A stretch of 44,440 nt of DNA from a virus (taxonomy: Duplodnaviria > Caudoviricetes): IMG/VR virus record IMGVR_UViG_3300043414_000127, positions 1-44,440 of that record; one strand, written 5' to 3'. Below are positions 37,098 to 44,440 of the stretch, one piece after another. Position 1 is the stretch's first letter. Each line of letters starts with the position of its first letter. The position numbers and the translations under genes are program-made. The notes beneath the pieces are model-generated. The model ran no database searches. It saw only the letters and a list, made by a program, of their open reading frames with translations, and was not told the origin of the DNA.

Positions 37098-37320
37098 TTG
37101 TTTCTACCTTTTGTGTTGCTTCAAACAGATCGCCATATTCCAAATCTAGGATAATTGCGATAGCTCTACAGCGACCTTTTACTTCTGACTCATCGTCATA
37201 AGCACTACTTACTAACCCCTCTTTCATTGCTTCACGATCAGAGCTAAGCATCTTCATCAGACGTTTAGTTACTGGGTGGTGTTGCCATTCCTCGAAGGTA
37301 TTGGGACTTACTGCTTCCAT
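37090..37320 (-). CDS. Hypothetical protein, 76 aa, after the portal
   Basis: AAGGAG RBS; FEEWQHHPVTK. Confidence 0.75.
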   Translation of the reverse strand: MEAVSPNTFEEWQHHPVTKRLMKMLSSDREAMKEGLVSSAYDDESEVKGRCRAIAIILDLEYGDLFEATQKVETNE

Positions 37321-37341
37321 TCTTTCTCCTTTTAAAAACTC

Positions 37342-39435
37342 TTACTGAGGCATCTCCATAGTTGGTTCCATGCCCATATCAGGCATTGGCAACTGTGGAA
37401 TGCTTTGTTGGCTCTGTGTCATTTCTTTAAAAACGGAGTTCATAGTTTGGATAGCACTAAGTACGCCTTCTCTTCGTTCACGAGCCATACCAATTTGCGT
37501 GTTAAGTTCTTGCAGACGGAGTTTCTCTCCTTCATGCAACACGCCAATTTTAATTATTTCAATTTCTGCCTCAAACTTTTGGATCTTAGCTTGGTTGAGT
37601 TCTGCTTCACCCATTAGTTTTAGCAGAGCTACTTTCAAGTTTAACTGATCAGATGCAGCTTTAGACTGTGCTTTGAGCTGTTCGATCTCAAGCTTAGGAT
37701 TGCCAGGAGCAGGGACAGCGTTCGGACCTTTTGGATCTGGAAGAACTTTCTCAATGTTAGTTACCTTCATAGCTTTCAAGAAAGCATACTCAGCTTGGTA
37801 GCGGTCATACAAACCAGGAGTAACTTGCACTCGTTGTGCAATAGCTAAAGCTTGGTTGACACGTTGGGTATCAGAAGTAACACTAGGATCAGCCGTAGGC
37901 ATAACATCAGTTACAGGACCAGCGTAGTCGTCAGCTAAGATAATGCCCTGGCTTTCAGCGTTAGACACGTACTTAGTGTTCTCAGAAATAAAGATCTGGT
38001 TTAGACGGTAGAGCTTACGGAACTCTTGCTTTAAGCTGCGATGTGTACGCTTAAAGATACCGTTAAAGATCTTCATGCCCTGCTCTGCCATAGTACGAGT
38101 AGTCTCAGCAGGAGTATTCTGACCAGGGTTCTGACCAGACAAAATGTCTACAGAACCACCAATACGCTCACCATAATTAATCAAAAGGTTCAACAAAGTG
38201 AACATAACTTGAGATGGCTCACGTACTGGCAATGGCACAATACCTTTACGAAGGTCGTCACCAGTCGTATCTACGTGCTTCCATTCCATAGGATTGAAAG
38301 AGTAGTTACCGCCACGCAGTTTGATACCACGGCTAAGGAAACCGCCTGCGGTGTTAGCCATAGTGCCAGCATCAACCAACTGGTTCAGGATGGTGTTGAT
38401 AGATTCGTTCAGCGGACCCAACAAGACACCAAAACCAAGATCGTAGAAGCCGCCATCAGGAGATGGGATAAACGGATACTTAGTAAAGTATTGCTCACCT
38501 TGGATAGAAAGGATCTTGTCGCCCTTTTTGTTGTACTCAATATCTTTTGAGTCGTATCTTGCAACAATTCTTGCTACTTTTTTGTTGTCACGGCGCACAT
38601 ACACAATGTATGGCTCAGCATAGCCATCATCATCAAAGTCAATGTGGCAATGATGCTCAAGAACCTCAATAGGAGTACTGGTGTCGTTTGGCTCAGGGGC
38701 TTGCAGACCTTGGGCACGGTCTTGAGAGTGTTGCAATCCACCAGTTGCTAGGATAGAGGCCATGTTTTGAGCACGACCATCAGCAATACCCTCTAACCAC
38801 AAGCCACGAGCAGTACGTTCGTAGATTTCATTCTTACTCATCTGCAAAACGTGAGTAACTCGTGGTGCTGTCTCTAGACTTTTAGTCCAGTAGTTCACAA
38901 CTAAGTCTTTTGCCAGCACGTTTTCAGAAATGTTGTGCTTTTTGACGGGATCGTAGTAGGTTTTTTTGAAAGCACAGCCAATAATGGGCTGAGTAATCAA
39001 GACTTTATCCATTTCGCTTTCCCAATCCTCATCTTCTTCAAGCAATTGGTAAGACATGTGCTGTTCTACACGAGTAGCACGAGCTGCACGGATGCCTTCT
39101 GGGTCGTCACCTACTGTGCGGCACTTAACTGGAAGGTCTGAGTCAATCAGAACTGGGTAACTACGTGCATGATACTGCAAAGCAGCAATAGTGATGAGGG
39201 GGAACTTGATGTTTGACGCATTAGGCCAAGGAAAGTTCTTAACTTTAGCTACTTGTAGAGCTAATTCAAGAGAAGCTTCTGTCCGTCTTTCCCAAGATTG
39301 GCGAGACAGAACATCGTTATCAAAGTCTTTGACAACTTGAGAGCCAATAGCTGAGAGGTCGTGTTCACACAGAAGCTCTGCGATGTTAGCTTCGTAAACA
39401 AGTTCTTCAACTTTGAATTTATCTTTTAATTGCAT
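37342..39435 (-). CDS. Portal protein
   Basis: ~700 aa directly after TerL; PWPNASN, FKKTYYD, NQLVDAGT, coiled C-terminal barrel. Confidence 0.88.
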   Translation of the reverse strand: MQLKDKFKVEELVYEANIAELLCEHDLSAIGSQVVKDFDNDVLSRQSWERRTEASLELALQVAKVKNFPWPNASNIKFPLITIAALQYHARSYPVLIDSDLPVKCRTVGDDPEGIRAARATRVEQHMSYQLLEEDEDWESEMDKVLITQPIIGCAFKKTYYDPVKKHNISENVLAKDLVVNYWTKSLETAPRVTHVLQMSKNEIYERTARGLWLEGIADGRAQNMASILATGGLQHSQDRAQGLQAPEPNDTSTPIEVLEHHCHIDFDDDGYAEPYIVYVRRDNKKVARIVARYDSKDIEYNKKGDKILSIQGEQYFTKYPFIPSPDGGFYDLGFGVLLGPLNESINTILNQLVDAGTMANTAGGFLSRGIKLRGGNYSFNPMEWKHVDTTGDDLRKGIVPLPVREPSQVMFTLLNLLINYGERIGGSVDILSGQNPGQNTPAETTRTMAEQGMKIFNGIFKRTHRSLKQEFRKLYRLNQIFISENTKYVSNAESQGIILADDYAGPVTDVMPTADPSVTSDTQRVNQALAIAQRVQVTPGLYDRYQAEYAFLKAMKVTNIEKVLPDPKGPNAVPAPGNPKLEIEQLKAQSKAASDQLNLKVALLKLMGEAELNQAKIQKFEAEIEIIKIGVLHEGEKLRLQELNTQIGMARERREGVLSAIQTMNSVFKEMTQSQQSIPQLPMPDMGMEPTMEMPQ

Positions 39436-39437
39436 AT

Positions 39438-40952
39438 CTAGTACCCACAAATTGAGGAACGTCCAGAGTCTACATCATTACTCTCAGACACATAAGTCCT
39501 GTACTCTTCTTCTTCGGCTTCTTTTTCAGTAGGCGCTTCCCACATCCTATCAAGCATAAGACCCAGATATGCCCAAGCGTCAACTTGGTCATCATGCTTG
39601 TCTCTAGGAAACCGTAGTAGCTGGTCTTCAAAAGCTTGATACCAGTCAGCGTCCTTGTCGAAACGACACGCCCCACTTCTCATGCGAGCTTGAATGCTTC
39701 TAGCACGGGTTAGTTTGTCACCACTAGGCTTGAGTAGAACAGTGTTGATAAATTCACCTCGCTTCAGCATCTCCTCATTGAGATATGGGCCAATGGCCTT
39801 CTGAATAGTACCTTGTTCGAGTCCGAAGAGTACGGGCTTATATATCTTTTGGATCATCAGGATTGTATCCACAATCTCCAATGCGTCCATACGTTGATTT
39901 ATAACGTGCTTGCAGTACAGTTTCCCGTCCTCATCCATACCCCCAACAACAAAAGCTGAGTAGTCAGCACGTTGAGACTGGGATACAGCTAAGTCACAGG
40001 TAGCGTAATACACCAATCTCTTCTTAGCTTCTTCAGGTTTGATAGCTTGGAAGTCATTCTTAGCAAAAAACGTGTCAGTAACATCCAGTGGAATGTTCAA
40101 CATCTCTTGAGAGTAGATGTCAGCTAGACCTTGGCGTACAAAGTCTTCCTTCAAAAGACGAAACTGCTCTTCAGTTTTCATCTCAGGCCAGAGTAAAGTC
40201 TTGAAATCATCCGTATGAGCACGGTACTTCACAGACTTCCAGGGCAGAACGTTCAAGGAATACTCTTTCAAGTCTTCTTTTATCAAACTCTTAACTCCTT
40301 TGTGAGAAGTTAACTGAGGAGCAGGCATCAAGTTCTCTAGTAAACAGTCCAAATGCAGGATGGTTCCTACGATTCGGATCTTTCCAGATGAGGCTACGCA
40401 AGGAATCAGAGCACCGTAGAACCAACGCTTGAACTTCATGCGTCGATCCTTGTTCATAACGATCTCGTCGTTCTCCATGTCGTCACCGATAACCAGATCA
40501 GGACGTAAGTTAGCCCATTTCAAGCCACGTAGTTTCTGCTCAGAGCCTTTCGCTTGTATACGGAAGGTGTGCCCATCCTCCATTTCGACAATGAGATCGT
40601 CTTCCGTATCTTTCGGAAACGAAGAAATAGAGAATAACGAGCGTAGGTCGTCATTGTCCAGCAGTTCCTTCTTAATATCACCGAGGAATTGAACAGCTTG
40701 CGATACCGTGTCTGACACAATGAGGACATAACGAGCTTCTCGAAACAAAACAGATGCTAAGGTATAGGCATGAGTTACAGCCGTAGACTTGGCATGGTAG
40801 CGAGGAGCAGCAATAGCTACTTGTCTGCTGTTACTAGTAACAAGTTCCCAGATTTCTTTGTGAAACTGGGGGGTAGGAGCAGGTCTGTCAAAGTTTTTAC
40901 GGAGGACTGAGTTAACAAATCCCTCCATAACTTCGGCATTAAGTTTAGACAA
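39438..40952 (-). CDS. terL: Terminase large subunit
   Basis: APRYHAKST Walker A, LRG..RPDLVIGDDMEND Walker B, VGTILH, CDLA and HDDQVDA nuclease motifs; TTG start. Confidence 0.95.
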   Translation of the reverse strand: MSKLNAEVMEGFVNSVLRKNFDRPAPTPQFHKEIWELVTSNSRQVAIAAPRYHAKSTAVTHAYTLASVLFREARYVLIVSDTVSQAVQFLGDIKKELLDNDDLRSLFSISSFPKDTEDDLIVEMEDGHTFRIQAKGSEQKLRGLKWANLRPDLVIGDDMENDEIVMNKDRRMKFKRWFYGALIPCVASSGKIRIVGTILHLDCLLENLMPAPQLTSHKGVKSLIKEDLKEYSLNVLPWKSVKYRAHTDDFKTLLWPEMKTEEQFRLLKEDFVRQGLADIYSQEMLNIPLDVTDTFFAKNDFQAIKPEEAKKRLVYYATCDLAVSQSQRADYSAFVVGGMDEDGKLYCKHVINQRMDALEIVDTILMIQKIYKPVLFGLEQGTIQKAIGPYLNEEMLKRGEFINTVLLKPSGDKLTRARSIQARMRSGACRFDKDADWYQAFEDQLLRFPRDKHDDQVDAWAYLGLMLDRMWEAPTEKEAEEEEYRTYVSESNDVDSGRSSICGY

Positions 40953-41469
40953 CCTTAGCCTCTACATCTACGGGAATACCCTTAGCTATCTTAGGACCAG
41001 CAAACCTAGCAAACTCCTCAGAGAGTTTAAGTAGGCGGTCATCAATCGTACTTTCAATCTGTTCTTTGACAGGATTAGATGACAGCTTATCTTGTCTAGC
41101 CATTAGATCAGTAGTGATCTTCAAGGCTACGTGGGCCTTAACAGGCACACGAACAATAGAACCAGTACGTTGATCAAACTGGGCATCACCTAGATCTAGG
41201 CGATCTTCTACAGCTTTGAGCGCTTTGTCCACAACCTTCTTCATGGTTGAAGTCATTTGCTGAACATCTTCAGCTTGTAGTTGTAGGCAGTATTCTTTGA
41301 ACCAGTCAGTCGTCTTCCACATCTTTAGTGTGGGTAGGGGGATACCTGTAACAACAGCAGTCTCAGCCATGTTGCCAAGCATCAGGTATGTACTGACAGC
41401 TTGTAACTTCTGATTCTGTGTCCAGATAGACTTTTTATAACGACGGTCATGGGACTTGGGTCTACGCAT
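40945..41469 (-). CDS. Putative terminase small subunit (N-terminal HTH)
   Basis: GNMAETAVVTGIPLPTLKMWK HTH; overlaps terL; AAGGA RBS before ATG 41469. Confidence 0.7.
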   Translation of the reverse strand: MRRPKSHDRRYKKSIWTQNQKLQAVSTYLMLGNMAETAVVTGIPLPTLKMWKTTDWFKEYCLQLQAEDVQQMTSTMKKVVDKALKAVEDRLDLGDAQFDQRTGSIVRVPVKAHVALKITTDLMARQDKLSSNPVKEQIESTIDDRLLKLSEEFARFAGPKIAKGIPVDVEAKVV

Positions 41470-41479
41470 ACTTTCTTCC

Positions 41480-41710
41480 TTAGCGATGTTTAGCAGTCTT
41501 AGCAGCAATTTTTTTTGGCTGGGCTACAAACTGCTTGCCCTTGGCATTACCAGCAGCTTTAGCTTTATTGGTAGCTGCTTTCTCACTGGGAGACAGAGAG
41601 TTCCAAGCAGCATCAGGAAGGTAACGTTTCTTTCCTTCCGAGGGTTTACCGTCAGATGTACGCCACTTCTGAGCAGTCCAGTCCTTGAGAGACTTCTGAG
41701 GGTTCTTCAC
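41480..41710 (-). CDS. Small basic protein (resembles the C-terminal half of DUF5872-like proteins)
   Basis: QKSLKDWTAQKWRT...RYLPDAAW; GTGA overlap. Confidence 0.7.
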   Translation of the reverse strand: MKNPQKSLKDWTAQKWRTSDGKPSEGKKRYLPDAAWNSLSPSEKAATNKAKAAGNAKGKQFVAQPKKIAAKTAKHR

Positions 41711-41898
41711 GTTTTATAGCCCCCACCTTTAGCTTTGTACTCTCTAGCTACGATCTGAGCTTTACGAGCACTCCACTCTCCAGGATCACCACCTTTAGTG
41801 CCAGCCTTTACTTTTTCAAAGATAGCTTTACGCATGGTAGGTTTAGTGTAAACACCAGCAGCGTTTACCTTAGATTTGGGTTTAGCCTTGGTAGCCAT
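41707..41898 (-). CDS. Small basic protein (resembles the N-terminal half of DUF5872-like proteins)
   Basis: YTKP...KGGDPGEWSARKAQ...YKAKGGGY. Confidence 0.75.
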   Translation of the reverse strand: MATKAKPKSKVNAAGVYTKPTMRKAIFEKVKAGTKGGDPGEWSARKAQIVAREYKAKGGGYKT

Positions 41899-41901
41899 AG
41901 A

Positions 41902-42183
41902 TCAACACTTCCAAGCACGAAGGCTCTTGTTGATACGACTGTTAGGATCTTTAGCTGTCTTAGCTGAAGTAAGCTTCTTCTTCATGCCTTCCATACGAGC
42001 ACAGAAAGAGTCCTTACGAGAACCACCTTCAGGCTGAGGAGCTTTGAGTCCAGGCTTACCTGGGTTAGCTGCGTTGTATGAAGCACGACCTTTAGCATTT
42101 AAACCACCATTGGGGTTCTTGCCCTCTTTACGTTGCCATGCGGGGGTCTTTGATCCCGTTGGAGATTTTTTACCAGTAGCCAT
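41902..42183 (-). CDS. Small basic protein (DUF6321-like); first late gene
   Basis: PAWQRKEGKNPNGGLNAKGRAS...SFCARM...SLRAWKC; AAAGGA RBS. Confidence 0.8.
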   Translation of the reverse strand: MATGKKSPTGSKTPAWQRKEGKNPNGGLNAKGRASYNAANPGKPGLKAPQPEGGSRKDSFCARMEGMKKKLTSAKTAKDPNSRINKSLRAWKC

Positions 42184-42208
42184 AAGGTTCCTTTCCGTGT
42201 TGGGTGCG

Positions 42209-42238
42209 ACTATAACAGTTTGCTAACTTATCCGTCTA
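42209..42238 (-). promoter_or_regulatory. Candidate sigma70-type promoter for the late arm
   Basis: - strand TAGACG-N18-TATAGT with extended -10 TG. Confidence 0.5.
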
Positions 42239-42275
42239 CTAAAAATAAATATTGGAAAGAATACTTTTAGTCGAC

Positions 42276-42303
42276 TTGACAAGATTTTTGAATCACCTAA
42301 ACT
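42276..42303 (+). promoter_or_regulatory. Candidate sigma70-type rightward promoter
   Basis: TTGACA-N16-TAAACT with AT-rich upstream tract. Confidence 0.5.
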
Positions 42304-42799
42304 CCGCACCAGTTCTTTTCTTTTTACTGTTTTTCTTTTCTTGGTCAGATAGAGGAATACAGAACACTATACAACAGGTTTGATGTGAGTCTATGTATAG
42401 ACGAGCATCAACACCTGATCCCCCTCTACTCCCTCCTTCTTTAGCTCTAGCACTTACGTGTGTTCAAGATCTTAAAGAACCCCCTACGCAGTATCGTAGA
42501 TACGAGTACTGCTCCCCCCCGTACCCCTCCGTGTTTAAAAAGTTACAGCATCGTTATATGTTGCTATAAGTAATTATTTATAAAAATATACTTTCCCCCC
42601 TCCCCCCTTACTACTACATATAGGGTATAGGTAACCAGTAAGTAGTACTTATTGTGTTGTTATTACACTACACATTACTAATCAACAACTTAGCTGATGT
42701 TATACCCCCCTAATCTAGTAGCTGATGTATCCCTCGTTTGATACCTGCTACCTTATAGACATAGCTAACCATTGGCTACATAGTTTCACTGAGAACATA

Positions 42800-43030
42800 C
42801 GCTCCCTACTGCGCTACGGTCCAAGGTCTGTATCGTTCGGTGCGGGTTGGTAGCTCAGTCGTCGCGCCAGTCGTTCGTCGCTGCGCTCCTCCTTTGTGTC
42901 ACGCCGCCTGCGATTTCGTGGCGGGTTGGCGCTCGCGGCCCTCCGCTTGGTTAAGTTGGTTCGTGAACTTTCGCCCTCGCTTGGGCGAGAGGGACGAAAG
43001 TCCCCTCACTTTATCAACTTAACTAGGAGC
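42800..43030 (+). other. GC-rich multi-hairpin non-coding element upstream of the first early gene
   Basis: Several stems, including a 14-bp outer helix 42947-42960/43013-43026 and GGGAC-GAAA-GTCCC. Confidence 0.65.
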
Positions 43031-43035
43031 TTCAA

Positions 43036-43269
43036 ATGTCTCAGCAAAACAACTTCGACTTCAATGGTTTCAACGCCATGACTGAACGTAAACCAGCAGG
43101 TTTGCAAATCTTCTTGGCTCAGCAACTGCTGTCTAACGCACTCTGGAGCATGGAGAAGTACGACAATCCTCGTCAAGAGGAAGTACGTGACGCACTCAAT
43201 GCTATCAAGACGCTGCGTACTCAGCTCAAGGCTGACGCACTTGCACGCGAAGCATCTTCTCCCATCTAA
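43036..43269 (+). CDS. First early hypothetical protein, 77 aa
   Basis: AGGAG RBS; followed by a terminator. Confidence 0.8.
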   Translation: MSQQNNFDFNGFNAMTERKPAGLQIFLAQQLLSNALWSMEKYDNPRQEEVRDALNAIKTLRTQLKADALAREASSPI

Positions 43270-43283
43270 TGTGGGTTTTGATT

Positions 43284-43317
43284 AAGGTAGTAGTTAACTC
43301 TACTACCTTTTTTTTTT
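43284..43317 (+). terminator. Intrinsic terminator
   Basis: AAGGTAGTAG-TTAACT-CTACTACCTT then a T run. Confidence 0.85.
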
Positions 43318-43342
43318 GTTCTACATTACTTGAGGAACAACA

Positions 43343-43636
43343 ATGTTCTATCACGCCATCATTTCAATGAAGGATAGATGTGCAACCATCCGTCCTTCAA
43401 ATCACGGTGTCACAGAGGTTGAGTGGCTACACGGCTGTCGTACTTACGGAGTTGATATGTCTCCCATAGAACTGGAGCTTGACCTCAAACGTAAGAAGAT
43501 GTACGACGTACTGGATCTCAACCAGTGGAGAGACTACATAAGCTCACTGGATGAGCCATCAAATGTTCCTAATAACAATTTTGTTAGCAGTCGTTATGTC
43601 CCCGACAAATGGGACAGTATTCCTGAGATCTATTGA
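43343..43636 (+). CDS. Early hypothetical protein, 97 aa
   Basis: GAGGA RBS; ORF track. Confidence 0.7.
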   Translation: MFYHAIISMKDRCATIRPSNHGVTEVEWLHGCRTYGVDMSPIELELDLKRKKMYDVLDLNQWRDYISSLDEPSNVPNNNFVSSRYVPDKWDSIPEIY

Positions 43637-43648
43637 TTGGAGATCAAC

Positions 43649-43723
43649 ATGCCTTTTCACGAACGTGTTCTTTATGTCCTAGGATTCATTGCACTCCTAG
43701 TTGTATGGTTAACCCTAGATTAA
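43649..43723 (+). CDS. 24-aa single-TM peptide MPFHERVLYVLGFIALLVVWLTLD
   Basis: Read manually; GGAGA RBS; hydrophobic helix. Confidence 0.55.
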   Translation: MPFHERVLYVLGFIALLVVWLTLD

Positions 43724-43733
43724 GGAGTAAGTT

Positions 43734-43895
43734 ATGAGTAAGTATCTTTGTTATTTCAATTCTCAGAGCATCACTATCAATGCTAAAACTTCTTACGAAG
43801 CTCAACGTGCTGCTGCTCTGTACTTCGGACTGGGACGTAGAAGTTGGAAAGTCTCAGTCTACTTAGCTGACAAAGTTCATGTCGCTATTGACTAG
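43734..43895 (+). CDS. Early hypothetical protein, 53 aa (MSKYLCYFNSQ...)
   Basis: Read manually; TAAGGAG RBS. Confidence 0.65.
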   Translation: MSKYLCYFNSQSITINAKTSYEAQRAAALYFGLGRRSWKVSVYLADKVHVAID

Positions 43896-44020
43896 ACGCT
43901 CCTCCCAGCAAGCTGCACGCCAGCAGAGCTGGCATTTGCTTGCGAGGTCGTCGCTCGCATATTCAAGCGGGACTTGTCGCCTGCCCGCCTCAAGCGGGGG
44001 CAGTCGCCTTCGCCCTTTGT
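43896..44020. other. Second GC-rich multi-hairpin intergenic element
   Basis: GCAAGC/GCTTGC, GCCAGC/GCTGGC, TGCGAG/CTCGCA and CTGCCC/GGGCAG stems. Confidence 0.65.
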
Positions 44021-44042
44021 TTAACATTGATTGGAGATAGCT

Positions 44043-44252
44043 ATGAACTTTCATAAGTCGTTAGAAACAATGGACCTTGTTGATGAAATGAACTGGGAAG
44101 ACAGTGATAAAGTGGAACGCTTGACTCTTGAGGAAGCTGGTTTTGAAGAATCAAATCCTATGGATGCAGCGTTTACTTCTAGCATCTTGGCTTACTGTGA
44201 CTGGTTCTATGACGGAGAGCAATCGGAGTTTGACAATTACTACAAGAACTAA
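44043..44252 (+). CDS. Early acidic protein, 69 aa
   Basis: GGAGA RBS before ATG 44043; about 18 D/E versus 4 K/R. Confidence 0.75.
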   Translation: MNFHKSLETMDLVDEMNWEDSDKVERLTLEEAGFEESNPMDAAFTSSILAYCDWFYDGEQSEFDNYYKN

Positions 44253-44289
44253 ATTTATCCGTGTATCCAATTGTTATCAGTTGGATATG

Positions 44290-44440
44290 CAGGTGATTTT
44301 GCCTAACAAGGAGGTTTTATGTTTCGTGTTTATTTACATCAATTTAAACGTTGGATTGAAAACATTCCTGTTGAAGAAGCCTTAGTTTATAAAGAAGAAG
44401 GCTATTTTGTTGAACGGATGAAATAACGTGTTCTTTGTTA
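44290..44440. repeat. Terminal direct repeat, copy 2
   Basis: Matches 1-151 with 2 mismatches. Confidence 0.95.

Noticed and set aside
42290-42470. Stop-free stretch on the - strand with an AAGGAGG
   Set aside because: No in-frame start codon; the nearby GTG/ATG frame stops after a few codons.
42842-42900. TAGCTCAGTCG resembles a tRNA D-arm start
   Set aside because: No acceptor stem, anticodon arm or properly spaced T-arm could be built.
1-44440. Phage RNA polymerase, integrase/repressor, alternative genetic code or introns/inteins
   Set aside because: No such ORFs or motifs found; core genes are uninterrupted and of normal length under the standard code.

Overview
The window is an apparently complete ~44.3-kb lytic podovirus-like dsDNA phage genome. 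It is circularly permuted: positions 1-151 recur at 44290-44440 with 2 mismatches. There are two convergent gene arms. The + arm (43036-44440, continuing at 1-12507) carries small early genes, a zincin/vWA (CobT-like) and MoxR AAA+ (CobS-like) pair, primase, DnaB helicase, a small pol-beta-like nucleotidyltransferase, family A DNA polymerase, SSB, 5'-3' exonuclease, T7-type endonuclease I and MazG. The - arm (42183 down to 12488) carries small basic proteins, terminase, portal, GroES, scaffold, major capsid, tail proteins, P22-like adaptor/nozzle/ejection proteins and lysis genes, and ends with a GNAT, a metallophosphoesterase and an acidic protein. I saw no RNA polymerase, integrase, reverse transcriptase, tRNA or CRISPR array. 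The signals least explained by the gene list are: a pseudoknotted structured element after ssb (8678-8773); GC-rich, apparently bistable hairpin elements in the early region that share motifs; a GNAT domain inside the large ejection protein; the HExxH-vWA/MoxR module; and the orphan nucleotidyltransferase. All family assignments come from motif recognition by eye, not from database searches.
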